Of a DNA stretch of 64,000 bases, positions 9,554-19,988 are shown one piece after another. A program made the position numbers and the translations under genes. This DNA is from a virus. The stretch is from positions 103,070 through 167,069 of IMG/VR virus record IMGVR_UViG_3300012009_000091; one strand, 5' to 3'. Positions within the stretch are counted from its first letter, which is position 1. Each line of letters begins with the position of its first letter. The notes under the pieces were generated by a model, which did not search any database, was not told the origin of the DNA, and saw only the letters and a program-made list of their open reading frames with translations.

Positions 9554-11539
9554 ATGAAAGCTGAGGAGTACTTCGGGCCAGAAGGTCTTCTGTCAACAGC
9601 GTTCGATGGATACGAATACAGGGAGGGCCAAGAAGCGATGGCGCAGATGGTCTTGGACGCTATAAAAGACCGTCACCGCGTCATCATAGAAGCGGGAACA
9701 GGGACAGGGAAGACTCTGGCCTATTTGATTCCCGCCGCCGTGACGGGCTGTCGAACGGTTGTTTCGACCGCCACGAAAGCCCTCCAAGGTCAATTGATCA
9801 ACAGCGATGTTCCCAAAGTGCATGCCGCAGGGCTACCCCTCTCGGCTGCTGTTCTGAAGGGACGAGACAACTACGTCTGTAGACGTAAGCTTCGCCAGTG
9901 TCGAAAGAACCCGCCCATTTGGGCTAAGAAAGATGAGCGCTTGTGGAAGAAATTACAAGTGTGGGTACGTGACGACAAAGGATTTCGAGATCGTGCGACA
10001 TTCCCGTATCTAGGAGACGACGCATTGGAGTGGGCTGACGTAACTGTCAGTAGTCAGAACTGTTGGCGAAATACGTGTCCGCTTAAAGACGGGTGCTATG
10101 CCGACCAGGCCAGAGGTCGAGCGGCCTCGGCTCAAGTTCTGATCGTCAACCACCATCTTTTCTTTGCAGACTTGATGTTAAAGTCCGAAGGTGCGCCTGG
10201 GCTTCTTCACAATGTGGATTTCGTTGTGTTGGACGAAGCGCACAAGATGGAATCGGCAGCGACGGGCTTTTTTTCGATTGCTGTTTCCCATGCTCGAGTG
10301 AAGCGGCTAATCCGCTCTATCAATTCTCTCGTCCACACTTACCCTCCTGGTTTTAGAACCAAAATCCAGGAGATGCAAAAGGCTTCCGAAACCTTCTTCG
10401 AGCTGCTCTCAAAGGAAGTTCAAGATCGAGTTGGGAGTGGGTCAATTGAGTGGAGTCGAATTTGTGACGATCGCCTTGCTTCACTCAGTCAAGAGGGGCT
10501 AGAGCGAGTGGAAGAGGTGCATGTCCGGCTTCGAGATTTGAACAATTCGGACATTAAACAGTTCGATGACCCGCCGTTGACAGCGCAAAAGGTGTCATCT
10601 ATTTTGCGCACAAAGACGCAGCGTTTGATGGATGAGTGGGAGGACGTGCTCTGCGATGCGACGGACAATTACGTACAATACGTTCAAGGCCGTCAGTATG
10701 GAGCACGTCTGGTTTCCAGCCCAATCTGTCCGGGCGATGTTCTAGAGCAAGAGATGCTTCCGATCTATCCGGCCATGGCGTTTGTCAGCGCTACGTTGGT
10801 AGTAGGAGAGTCGTTCGATTATTTTCGTTCTCGGGCGGGACTGAGAGACTCGAGCTCTGCTCAAGAATATTGGGTTGAAAGTCCGTTCAACTACGAGAAA
10901 CAAGCAGCTACCTACGTGCCTACTGCCTTTCCGGTTCCTAGTAGCCGGGATTTCATTCCGAATGCCGCGGATGTCATTGAAGAGCTAGTCAAGATTACAG
11001 GGGGTCGGGCATTTGTTCTGTGTACCAGCTATCGGAATATGCACGGGCTGCATAAGGCGCTATCCAACCGGCTCCCTTATCAGATCTTGGTACAGGGAAA
11101 AATGGCGAAAGAAACGATTGTCAAGAAGTTCCAAGAGGAGCCGTCTGTTCTCTTTGCCACGGCCAGTTTTTGGGAAGGAGTCGATATTTCTGGTGAGGCG
11201 TTAAGTTTGGTTGTCATCGACAAGATCCCTTTTGCACCACACACCGATCCTCTCGTCAATGCTCGTGTCGAGCTTCTCAAGGCTGAAGGGAGAAATGCAT
11301 TCATGGAGTACCAAGTCCCGACGGCCGCACTGACTTTGAAGCAGGGATTTGGCCGTTTGATTCGTCGAAGAACGGATCGTGGCATAGTCGCTTTTCTCGA
11401 CACTCGTCTGTTGACCGGACATTACGCGGCACAGCTATGGGATGCGCTCCCTCTCTGTTCCGATTGTGAATCAATCGAACAGTTACAGGGGTGGTACCAC
11501 GATCCTGACAAGTGGATCGACAAGCTGTTGAAGATGTAA
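9554..11539 (+). CDS. dinG: DinG/YoaA-family ATP-dependent DNA helicase
   Basis: REGQ Q-motif, EAGTGTGKT, Fe-S Cys, DEAH, SATL, FWEGVD, KQGFGRLIR. Confidence 0.95.
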   Translation: MKAEEYFGPEGLLSTAFDGYEYREGQEAMAQMVLDAIKDRHRVIIEAGTGTGKTLAYLIPAAVTGCRTVVSTATKALQGQLINSDVPKVHAAGLPLSAAVLKGRDNYVCRRKLRQCRKNPPIWAKKDERLWKKLQVWVRDDKGFRDRATFPYLGDDALEWADVTVSSQNCWRNTCPLKDGCYADQARGRAASAQVLIVNHHLFFADLMLKSEGAPGLLHNVDFVVLDEAHKMESAATGFFSIAVSHARVKRLIRSINSLVHTYPPGFRTKIQEMQKASETFFELLSKEVQDRVGSGSIEWSRICDDRLASLSQEGLERVEEVHVRLRDLNNSDIKQFDDPPLTAQKVSSILRTKTQRLMDEWEDVLCDATDNYVQYVQGRQYGARLVSSPICPGDVLEQEMLPIYPAMAFVSATLVVGESFDYFRSRAGLRDSSSAQEYWVESPFNYEKQAATYVPTAFPVPSSRDFIPNAADVIEELVKITGGRAFVLCTSYRNMHGLHKALSNRLPYQILVQGKMAKETIVKKFQEEPSVLFATASFWEGVDISGEALSLVVIDKIPFAPHTDPLVNARVELLKAEGRNAFMEYQVPTAALTLKQGFGRLIRRRTDRGIVAFLDTRLLTGHYAAQLWDALPLCSDCESIEQLQGWYHDPDKWIDKLLKM

Positions 11540-11647
11540 TGTCAAGCCCCCAAAAGTGGGGACGTGTACTTGGTTCGGGATGTGCACACATCTGAATCAT
11601 TACGTTACAAAGAACTATGTGTTTTAAGGGACACATGTAAAAGGAGG

Positions 11648-11875
11648 ATGATCATGGGTTGGATCGGACCGACAGAAAGGGTTCAAGATTGTCTGAAGAC
11701 CCATGCAGATCGTGATGAGTACGGGCAATACATGATACGAGGGTCGCAAGTCGTATCGTTTTTGGGTGCCGGTGAAGAGTATGTTCTCGGAGACGGCACT
11801 GAAATTCGTGTTCAGGGAGAGTGGAAACCGATCATCCCGTTATTGTACGGCGGTATACGGGTAACAGTCATTTAG
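11648..11875 (+). CDS. hypothetical protein
   Basis: RBS AAGGAGG adjacent to ATG; start uncertain. Confidence 0.5.
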   Translation: MIMGWIGPTERVQDCLKTHADRDEYGQYMIRGSQVVSFLGAGEEYVLGDGTEIRVQGEWKPIIPLLYGGIRVTVI

Positions 11876-11883
11876 GAGGATCA

Positions 11884-12612
11884 ATGGACTTAAGCACAAT
11901 AGACACAAGCAAATTAGAGGCGATCGCAGACTTGCTTCAGCACCAGTTCAGCAAACTGTCTGACAAGTGGACCAAGTGCCAGTGGACCAAGAAGATGGGA
12001 ACCTTGGGTCTCATTGACCTGAAGAACAGGACGGCAGCTGATGTCTATGATCTGATTGTCGGGGCTCGATTTCGTGTCGAAAAACTTCTCTCTACCCTTG
12101 CCGATGCGGGGTACGAGTACAAACTTGTGGTATCTCTGGCTGATGCCGCAGAGTGGGAAAAATATGGGGAGCAAGTTGACGCTTACCTTCGAGATGTTGA
12201 GCGGAGAGCCTATGAGGCGGCGAGGTGTGCTGGAGAACTTATAGAAGGTATCCAGGACCGTGAACTTGCTTCTGCTTCCATAAAGGCGGCGGAAATTTTG
12301 AGACTGGAAAGTGTGCGTCCTTCGGGTCAGTTCGTTTGGAAGAAGTTCTGTCATACTGTCCAAGAGATCATTCGAGCACTTCAGAGAGGGTGGATACCGC
12401 GTTGGACAATTCGAACAGACGATCAACATGTCATTCTCGGAAATCGTCAAGAAGGAAACAGGTCGGAAGAGGTCTACACGGCCTATGAGTGGAATCGAAT
12501 GGAAGGAGGTTTTCCCAGTCCATGTAGTTGGACGATGAAGTTTGTGGGCGATACGGTTCAATGGCTGTTCAATGGCCAAATTCAAGTCGATCCGAAGGTC
12601 GAAGCAGTTTGA
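11884..12612 (+). CDS. hypothetical protein
   Basis: RBS AGGAGG before ATG 11884. Confidence 0.7.
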   Translation: MDLSTIDTSKLEAIADLLQHQFSKLSDKWTKCQWTKKMGTLGLIDLKNRTAADVYDLIVGARFRVEKLLSTLADAGYEYKLVVSLADAAEWEKYGEQVDAYLRDVERRAYEAARCAGELIEGIQDRELASASIKAAEILRLESVRPSGQFVWKKFCHTVQEIIRALQRGWIPRWTIRTDDQHVILGNRQEGNRSEEVYTAYEWNRMEGGFPSPCSWTMKFVGDTVQWLFNGQIQVDPKVEAV

Positions 12613-12761
12613 CTTGCGCTTCTATTTTCAGGAGCTCAGGGTTGTCGGCTTTTGTATAGAAGAGAGCGCTAAATAGCGCTCGTTCTTTTGGGGTCGCGTT
12701 CTGCGGCCCCTCTCTTTACCTTCGATTGTATAAGCAGGTATCACCACGACGAGGAGAAATT

Positions 12762-13142
12762 ATGCGACCGATTCCACAGTGTCTACCACGTTTCTTTTGT
12801 GTCAACATTCCATATTCTGTGCCTAAAGAAGAGATTCCGGACGAGTTTTGGGAGCCCGATCATCCATATCGGCAACCGATGGATATTTGGTTCTTCTTCG
12901 GTGGAGAGACACTGGAGACGGGCGAGAACGGAATACTGCTAACGCTCCAAGATCATACGACGAAGATTTGGCTGGCTCCGAAAAGCGAACTCTCAGAACA
13001 GGACGCCAAGTATGCTACTCACGCCATTGGAAACATTCTGTCGTCATTCGACTTCAACCATGAACACAAAATGGCGATGGCGGCCTATTTGACGGCGGAG
13101 TGGTTTGATCTCATACCGAAGGAGGAAGAGGAGATAGATTAG
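12762..13142 (+). CDS. hypothetical protein
   Basis: GTATAAG at 12728 and RBS GAGGAG precede ATG 12762. Confidence 0.7.
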   Translation: MRPIPQCLPRFFCVNIPYSVPKEEIPDEFWEPDHPYRQPMDIWFFFGGETLETGENGILLTLQDHTTKIWLAPKSELSEQDAKYATHAIGNILSSFDFNHEHKMAMAAYLTAEWFDLIPKEEEEID

Positions 13143-13375
13143 CGCCCTACTACATGCGGCTTCGGAGGTGCAGGCGGTTGTGGTGCTGCCTTTGATTTGA
13201 GTAAACTAGGGCCTGCCAAAGATCCGGCAACAGATCCTCCGATCGCTCCGATTTTGGGTGCTTTCTTCAACAAGGTCTTGCCCGCCAATCCTCCTGCCAT
13301 TCCCCCGATTAGTGATCCAAGCGCGCGCTTCTCTAGAGCTTGTCGCGCCAATTTGATGTACAGTGGGTTAACCAT
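13139..13375 (-). CDS. small Gly-rich putative virion protein
   Basis: RBS AGGAGG; KLA/EKRA motif followed by Gly-zipper segments. Confidence 0.6.
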   Translation of the reverse strand: MVNPLYIKLARQALEKRALGSLIGGMAGGLAGKTLLKKAPKIGAIGGSVAGSLAGPSLLKSKAAPQPPAPPKPHVVGR

Positions 13376-13436
13376 AATTCCGACCTCCTATCGGGATTAT
13401 AATATACTGAGCACATGACGTATACAAGAGGAGAAC

Positions 13437-13661
13437 ATGAAAGTACAACTACATCCGGTCGAGACACGCGTGGTCTGTCCGGTTTGTGTTCGCGAGATTC
13501 CGAATCCTGATCATACCGGAACAGTTTGGACTGAGTACGACTTAACTCGCACCAATGGCGCGTTCTACTGTGAGGTCTGTCGGACTCGATTCACCGAAGT
13601 TCACGTATCCATCGATATGAAGGATCAAGCAGAACATCCTTATTCCGAAGAGAACAGGTAG
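13437..13661 (+). CDS. Zn-ribbon protein
   Basis: CPVC...CEVC; RBS GAGGAG. Confidence 0.65.
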   Translation: MKVQLHPVETRVVCPVCVREIPNPDHTGTVWTEYDLTRTNGAFYCEVCRTRFTEVHVSIDMKDQAEHPYSEENR

Positions 13662-13683
13662 TCAATCAAGAACCAACTTACAA

Positions 13684-13720
13684 GAGTGCGCAGAGGGAAA
13701 CTGCGTACTCTTTCTTTAGC
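13684..13720 (+). terminator. intrinsic terminator
   Basis: GAGTGCGCAG/CTGCGTACTC stem followed by TTTCTTTAG. Confidence 0.65.
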
Positions 13721-13798
13721 TCGTGTGTAAATTGTTTACACAGGCAACTGCGCTATCTAGAATTAGCGGTGGATTTTACATAACTACGGAGGACCCCC

Positions 13799-14764
13799 AT
13801 GAGTGACACTATCCCTTACGGATTTGATTTGGACAGCGCCGTTGATTACAACCAACGTAGAGCAAAGGCTTTAGGTTGGTACGACGCCATCCCTGATCAT
13901 GCTGTTTCAGACCATCCGTGTTTCTTTCATGATCCGGTAGAGGGGAACAATGAAGAGAAGAGGAGGTTTGCCCTCGAGGTTCTCAACTTCCAGAGAAAGG
14001 CTTTCTCAGACACAGCCGAACATGACGGCAAACTGGGACAGGATACGTGGACCCGTTTGCTACAGATCTTTGACAATGTAGACGATGCAGAGAGCTTTGT
14101 TCTCTGGAGTGGCCGGCGATTTGCCACTCCTGAGGCGCACGTGATCTCCTTTGAAGAGTCGAATGGATTCGATCTCCATCGTGCTGGCAATTTCTCTCGG
14201 CGCCCAACGGATATCCGCCTGATTGTCCTCCACTGGGGAGGAAGCACTGTTCATAATCTATATCGCTACTTCAATACTCCTGAACGAGATTTGTCGACTC
14301 ATTTCGGCATTGGCCCGATAGGCGCGTACCAGTTTCTTGATCTCAAACATCGAGCATGGCATGCAGGGTATGTCAATGACTACGCTGTAGGTGTAGATAT
14401 TTGTCAACAGCCGACTATTGAGTATCGCGACTACTATTGTCGCCGCCAAGATTATGACGTTTCGGTTGTACAGAACCCAACGGATCGGGGGAGGACAAAA
14501 ATCTTGTCGCTGGACGTTGCTATTTGCGATCAGACGTGTTGGTTGGTCCTTGAGCTATGTAGAGTCTTGAATATTCCATTGAGGGCTCCTAGAGGCGCTG
14601 ACGGGCTCTCAGAGGACGGGCCGATTTGGCATGGAACTTTCGATCGCGATGTTCTCGATAGTGGTCAGTTCCAAGGTGTAGTGGGTCATCATCATGTCAA
14701 AGAGACGAAGTGGGATATGGCCTGTTGGTGGGATATGATTTTCAAGGGTACAGAACTTAGTTAG
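13799..14764 (+). CDS. N-acetylmuramoyl-L-alanine amidase (Amidase_2), probable endolysin
   Basis: IVLHW...STHFGI...AWHAG..N..AVGVDI...GHHH; upstream FQ..DGKLGQDTW PG-binding-like motif. Confidence 0.85.
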   Translation: MSDTIPYGFDLDSAVDYNQRRAKALGWYDAIPDHAVSDHPCFFHDPVEGNNEEKRRFALEVLNFQRKAFSDTAEHDGKLGQDTWTRLLQIFDNVDDAESFVLWSGRRFATPEAHVISFEESNGFDLHRAGNFSRRPTDIRLIVLHWGGSTVHNLYRYFNTPERDLSTHFGIGPIGAYQFLDLKHRAWHAGYVNDYAVGVDICQQPTIEYRDYYCRRQDYDVSVVQNPTDRGRTKILSLDVAICDQTCWLVLELCRVLNIPLRAPRGADGLSEDGPIWHGTFDRDVLDSGQFQGVVGHHHVKETKWDMACWWDMIFKGTELS

Positions 14765-14939
14765 CTTTGTCCACCTTCTCTACTGCCTCCATTATCTCGT
14801 CTTCCTCTCAAAAGTACGTATAAGCAAGCATACTCGCGTGTCCTTCCGTTCGTTAAGAGAATTGGGATAACGGAGACATCGAATGTCCAGTGCGCGGCAA
14901 AGAGTGGCGTACTATAACTGAGAAGACAAGGAGAAGTAC

Positions 14940-15848
14940 ATGATTAATGACAAGAAGATCTGTTTCTATCACAAGGTAGATCCTGACGGCTGGTGTTCGG
15001 CTGCGATTCTCTATGACTACTGGGGTCGTCGGGATCACGTGTTCTACGGTATTAACCATGGAGACAGATTTCCGTGGGCGCGTATTGACTCGGAAACCGA
15101 GGTCTGGATGCTGGATTTCAGCCTGTCTATTAGCGGTATGATTCGTCTTGCCGAGAAGTGTAAGAGGCTCGTGTGGGTAGACCACCACAAAACGACGCTG
15201 GAAGACAAGCACATCTATGAACCGGGATTCGAGGGCCTGCAACGAGAAGGAGATGCCGGGTGTGAACTACTCTGGGAATTCCTTTACGGCGACGAAGAAA
15301 TGCCGCAAGCCGTGCACCTCATTGGGCGTTATGACGTTTGGAAATGGCATGACGTTCCTGGGTCGCTCGAGTTCACGACAGGACTGCGTAGCAGAGAATG
15401 GGCTTCTCGACCCAAAGACTCTTTTTGGACGGCGCTAATCTCTTCTGAACACCCCGGTCACAATAGTATCGTGAACCACTACATTGAAGATGGAAAACTT
15501 CTACTCAAGTGTCGGAATCGTGACTGGCGGATATACGTTTTGGGACACGCATTTGCTACTACGCTTATCTTGCCGAACAAGTTTGCAGAGTACTCAGTGG
15601 TCGCCTGTAACCGGGGCGGAGTAAACAGCCAGTTCTTTGACTTCAGAGAACTCGAATCCCTGTTTCACTACGTTGATTTTGCAGTGAATTTTGCGTGGAA
15701 ACGCGGACAGTGGAAAGTCGGGCTCTGGAAACCTGATTGGATTGACAACGATATTCACTGCGGAGACATTGCCAAAACCTTCGGCGGTGGCGGGCACGAA
15801 GGAGCCGCGGGTTTCCGGTGTAAGTCCTTACCATTCGAGATCGTCTGA
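14940..15848 (+). CDS. DHH/DHHA1 phosphoesterase
   Basis: YH..D.DG, LDFS, VDHHKT, GGGGHEGAAGF. Confidence 0.9.
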   Translation: MINDKKICFYHKVDPDGWCSAAILYDYWGRRDHVFYGINHGDRFPWARIDSETEVWMLDFSLSISGMIRLAEKCKRLVWVDHHKTTLEDKHIYEPGFEGLQREGDAGCELLWEFLYGDEEMPQAVHLIGRYDVWKWHDVPGSLEFTTGLRSREWASRPKDSFWTALISSEHPGHNSIVNHYIEDGKLLLKCRNRDWRIYVLGHAFATTLILPNKFAEYSVVACNRGGVNSQFFDFRELESLFHYVDFAVNFAWKRGQWKVGLWKPDWIDNDIHCGDIAKTFGGGGHEGAAGFRCKSLPFEIV

Positions 15849-15881
15849 TAACTCTGACACAGCAGTAATAGGAGAAACAAC

Positions 15882-16934
15882 ATGAACGTACATTTCATCT
15901 ACAAGCCGCGCAGTGGAGACCGAGTTTTTGCCATGCGACCGACTCCCGGAATCGCGGTCGTCAAATATGACAACGGCTGCCGGCATGCGGCCGGTGGAAT
16001 TTTGCTCGGGTGGGATGCCGCCCAACCAGGCGAATGGTGGAGGTCCACCGCAAAAGCGGTGGTCAGTGCCGTGGTGGAGTGCTGCGGCGGCCTTGCTTGG
16101 GACGAGCAAGGAACGATCTGGATGATCATCCCGGAGAATGGTGCAGACACCGCCCTACGCCTTATCGAGGAAATCAGGGAGATCGATGTGTCTGGCCAGA
16201 GCGCTGGGTGGCTTGGCAATCGAGTGCGTCTCGGCTTGTGGGTAGAAATCGTCGGTACCCGTCTCGGGTGGGCGGCCGATAGCGGGCCAGCTCCAGTCAC
16301 TCGCCGTCGACACGATGACGGCAAGTGGGAATACATCGCCCGCCCCCCCGGGGCGGTGGTGGTCTGGACGGCTCCGTGGGCGTCCGAGGATGCCTGCGAG
16401 GAGGTCGAGGCGGAGGTCGAGGCGGAGGCGGAGGTCGAGGCGGAGGCGTTGGTCGTTACTCCGACCCTGTTGGAGATGGCGGGCGGAATAAACCTCTGCG
16501 GGCATCATGCCTACGTCACAATCGACATCCTGCATGATCTGCTGTCCCGAGGCATCAATCTCCGGGGCGCAATCCGTGTCTTGCGCGTCGACGCATCCAC
16601 TCCGCAGGAGTGGCGCGATCGCGCTCGAGCCGAAGACGCGGTAATCCGCGAAGCGAGAGAGGACGGCCTCCGGGTTTCCCCGGAACATCTTGCTGCCCAC
16701 CCTGATATCTGCTGGACGGTGGGCACGATACGATCTGAACTGGCCAAAGCTCCGTCCAGCGACGGACTGATCGGCTGCCAGGAGGTCGAGGCGGCGGCGA
16801 ACATTATGCGCGAGGATCGAGTCCGGGCGGTGACGGTCCTGGCACTGCATCAGTGCCAGTCGTACGCCACGTGGGTCGAGCACGCCATCCATGGAATGGC
16901 CGATCTCGCGGCTCCCATGCCAGAAAGGTGGTAG
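15882..16934 (+). CDS. hypothetical protein, paralog A
   Basis: N-terminus nearly identical to the next gene; EVEAEVEAEAEVEAEA linker. Confidence 0.8.
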   Translation: MNVHFIYKPRSGDRVFAMRPTPGIAVVKYDNGCRHAAGGILLGWDAAQPGEWWRSTAKAVVSAVVECCGGLAWDEQGTIWMIIPENGADTALRLIEEIREIDVSGQSAGWLGNRVRLGLWVEIVGTRLGWAADSGPAPVTRRRHDDGKWEYIARPPGAVVVWTAPWASEDACEEVEAEVEAEAEVEAEALVVTPTLLEMAGGINLCGHHAYVTIDILHDLLSRGINLRGAIRVLRVDASTPQEWRDRARAEDAVIREAREDGLRVSPEHLAAHPDICWTVGTIRSELAKAPSSDGLIGCQEVEAAANIMREDRVRAVTVLALHQCQSYATWVEHAIHGMADLAAPMPERW

Positions 16935-16976
16935 GCATGATGTCGCCCAAAGGTAACATAAATAAGGAGACAAAGC

Positions 16977-18650
16977 ATGAATGTACACTTCATTTACAAG
17001 CCTCGTAGCGGAGATCGAGTTTTTGCCATGCGACCGACTCCCGGAATCGCGGTCGTGCAGTACGATAATGGGTGCCTGCATGTGGCAGGCGGCTCGTTGC
17101 TCGCGTTTGAGACAGCAGTTCCCGGTAGTTGGTGGCGGGACAAAGCACGGAAATTGTTTTCGACCGTAGTGCTGTATACCGGTGGAGTTGCATGGGACGA
17201 CCGGGGCAAGGTGTCTGTGGTTCTCCCGGAATTTACGGCGCCGGTCGTACTCGACATCGCGGAAGCGGCTGAGGCCATGGAAGACAATGCACCAGGCTGG
17301 TTTGCTAACCGGGCACGTCTTGGAATGTGGTATGAAATCATATCCCAGCGTGTGGAGTGCGGCTTAAATGTTTATGAATGGGCGCCTGTGACGCGTCGTG
17401 AGGTAGACGGAAAGTGGGCATATACTGCGAAGCTACCTGGATCCGACGCTCATTGGACAGCCCCCTGGCCGTCTGATGACGCTGACTGCTCTGAGACGAC
17501 GTCGGTGTCGGATACGGAAGACACCGAGGACGTGCCCCGCGTGCCCGAAGACATAGCCGAAGAGAAGACCCTGGGCGTCAAGAGGGGAACGATTTTGACC
17601 GTGACCCCGACCCATCTTCTTGGCCTGAGCAACCTCGATTTTAGAGGAACTTTTACATACGTGGATATAGATACTCTACGAGACATTGAACACGAAGATT
17701 GGGGGAATGATTCCGTCATTCGAGCCCTGTACCAAGATGCGAATACCCCGCGGGAATGGTTGACGCGGGCGCGAGCCGAGGACCAAGTGATTCGACGGGC
17801 TCTCGACGACGGGCTTCGAGTAACTCCGAAGCATTTGGCTCGACACCCGGATATTTGCTGGGATGAAGAGCTCATCGAAAAAGAATATCGGCAGGCAGGA
17901 GGGTCTTCTGACGGTCTGATCGGGCGGCCTGAAGTACGGCAGGCACTTTTGTCGGAAAGCGAATCTGATTCCGCCATCAGGGCTTTGAAACTAGAAAAAT
18001 GCCTGCCTACCGTTGAGGGGGTCGAGTGGCAAGAACAAGCCATCCACACAATGGCGAATCAAAAATCTGGCTGTGAGAACTGTGCTCAGTCGACCTCTGA
18101 AGACAATGACGCTGGCAACAAAGAGAAGAAGGACTTGAAAAACATTGCGGGCGAACTCATTTTGAAAATGACGCCAACCCATTTCAATAAAGTGTGTGAT
18201 CGTGATTTGCGGGGGAGTCATGCATATGTGACGGTAGACATTCTAGAAGAAATCGCGTGTACGGCTCTGCCGTCTGATGTGCTCACGAGAAAGGATTGGT
18301 TGCCCCGCGCGGGAATCGAAGACCAGGTGATAAACCAAGTTCAAAATAGCGGACTCCGAGTTACTTTGGACCATTTGTTCCGCAATCCAATTATCCGGTG
18401 CTATTGGGATGATGATGACGAAGACGAACAATTGGCCGCGATCTCGCGCGTTAATAGGAGCCCGGATGGCCTGATCGGTATTCCGGAGGTGTTTCAGACA
18501 CGCCTCAGTGAAGCCAACCGCACGAAAGTTCTCGAGGCTTTGAAGCTGGAACAGAGTCCGGGTAACGCTGAGCAGGTGAGGTGGATCGAGCAAGCTATCT
18601 GCGAGATGGCGGACTTTATTGAGCAAAAAGTCATTGAGGAGAAGAAATGA
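16977..18650 (+). CDS. hypothetical protein, paralog B (C-terminal domain duplicated)
   Basis: two copies of the TPT...AYVTxDIL...RAxxED.VI...GLRV...DGLIG.PEV domain. Confidence 0.8.
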   Translation: MNVHFIYKPRSGDRVFAMRPTPGIAVVQYDNGCLHVAGGSLLAFETAVPGSWWRDKARKLFSTVVLYTGGVAWDDRGKVSVVLPEFTAPVVLDIAEAAEAMEDNAPGWFANRARLGMWYEIISQRVECGLNVYEWAPVTRREVDGKWAYTAKLPGSDAHWTAPWPSDDADCSETTSVSDTEDTEDVPRVPEDIAEEKTLGVKRGTILTVTPTHLLGLSNLDFRGTFTYVDIDTLRDIEHEDWGNDSVIRALYQDANTPREWLTRARAEDQVIRRALDDGLRVTPKHLARHPDICWDEELIEKEYRQAGGSSDGLIGRPEVRQALLSESESDSAIRALKLEKCLPTVEGVEWQEQAIHTMANQKSGCENCAQSTSEDNDAGNKEKKDLKNIAGELILKMTPTHFNKVCDRDLRGSHAYVTVDILEEIACTALPSDVLTRKDWLPRAGIEDQVINQVQNSGLRVTLDHLFRNPIIRCYWDDDDEDEQLAAISRVNRSPDGLIGIPEVFQTRLSEANRTKVLEALKLEQSPGNAEQVRWIEQAICEMADFIEQKVIEEKK

Positions 18651-19357
18651 TTCAAGAATCGTACGATAGTGGACTACGCAACTTCTCATATACGCATTTT
18701 GCGGGTGTGAATTTGAGAGGCGCGAATCTACCGGGTGCCAATTTCACGGGGGCCACACTCACGTATGTGAACTTCGTGGGTGCGTACCTACCGAATACCA
18801 ATTTCACGAGTGCTAATCTCTCGAATGCGGATTTTACGGGGGCCAGGCTCACAGGTGCCCGTCTTTCTGGCACTAACTTCACGGATGCCGTGTTAATACA
18901 TACCGCGTTCAAAAATGCTAATCTCGTGGGTGCTAACTTCACGGGTGCCACGCTCACGAACACGAGTCTCATAGGAGTCGATTTTAAGGATACCGTACTC
19001 ACAGGTACCTGCCTCGACCCGGCGGCGATTGTTCCGCCTCTCACCGATGAAGAGATTCTTGCCGCTGGTCTAGAAATAGACGGTGAGTGGGTATGCGGGT
19101 GGAGGACAGAGAGATCAAGAATCGCAGGAGGCACAAAGTACGTTCCGCGCACAGAGCCGTATGTGGCTCCCATCTTCAGCGTGGATCAATACACTTCCTG
19201 CCATCCTGGCATCTACTTGGCTGATCGTAAGTGGCTTGCTGACCATTATGGGAAACACGAGCCCGTTGTCCGCTGTCGTTGCAGACGTGATGAACTACTT
19301 CACTCCGGATATAAGTGGAGGGCAAAAAGACTCTGGATCGAGGCGGAGAAAGAATGA
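18647..19357 (+). CDS. pentapeptide-repeat protein 1 with conserved C-terminal domain
   Basis: A(N/D)(L/F)xx repeats; C-terminal GWRTE...CHPGIYLA...KWRAKRLWIE. Confidence 0.9.
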   Translation: MIQESYDSGLRNFSYTHFAGVNLRGANLPGANFTGATLTYVNFVGAYLPNTNFTSANLSNADFTGARLTGARLSGTNFTDAVLIHTAFKNANLVGANFTGATLTNTSLIGVDFKDTVLTGTCLDPAAIVPPLTDEEILAAGLEIDGEWVCGWRTERSRIAGGTKYVPRTEPYVAPIFSVDQYTSCHPGIYLADRKWLADHYGKHEPVVRCRCRRDELLHSGYKWRAKRLWIEAEKE

Positions 19358-19983
19358 CTATTCAGGAAGAGTACGATAGAGGGCGACGAGATTTCAGGGA
19401 CCTTGATCTCAAGGACGCTGATCTCACAAGCGCTTATCTCGTTAGCGCAGAACTCATGGGCGCGACATTCACGAGAGCATTTCTCAGATATGCTGATCTC
19501 ACGGGCGCGAATTTCACAGATACTGATCTCACAGGCGCGCAGCTTGAACATTCAAAACTCGCGGATGCCGACTTCACAGGAGCAATTCTCACGAATACAA
19601 ATCTCATGGGAACTAGGCTCACGGGTACCGTACTCACAGATACCTGTCTCGACCCGGAAGCAATTATCCCGTCTCTCATCGATGAAGAGATTATGGCCGC
19701 TGGTCTAGAAATGGATGGAGAGTGGGTATATGGGTGGAGGACAGAACAATCACAATTCGTAGGAAGCACAAAGTACGTTCCGAGAGAGGAACCGTATATT
19801 GCCCACGTCTTCAGTGTAGACCAAAATACTCCTTGTCACCCTGGAATTTATCTGGCTAGTCACGGGTGGCTTGATTACCACTACAAGAGGAGAAAACCTA
19901 TTGTCCGCTGTCACTGCAAAAGAGATGAGTTGATTCATGCCGGAGACAAATGGCGGGCAAAAAGACTCTGGATCGAGGAGTAG
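19354..19983 (+). CDS. pentapeptide-repeat protein 2
   Basis: same architecture; ATGA-coupled. Confidence 0.9.
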   Translation: MTIQEEYDRGRRDFRDLDLKDADLTSAYLVSAELMGATFTRAFLRYADLTGANFTDTDLTGAQLEHSKLADADFTGAILTNTNLMGTRLTGTVLTDTCLDPEAIIPSLIDEEIMAAGLEMDGEWVYGWRTEQSQFVGSTKYVPREEPYIAHVFSVDQNTPCHPGIYLASHGWLDYHYKRRKPIVRCHCKRDELIHAGDKWRAKRLWIEE

Positions 19984-19988
19984 AAAGA

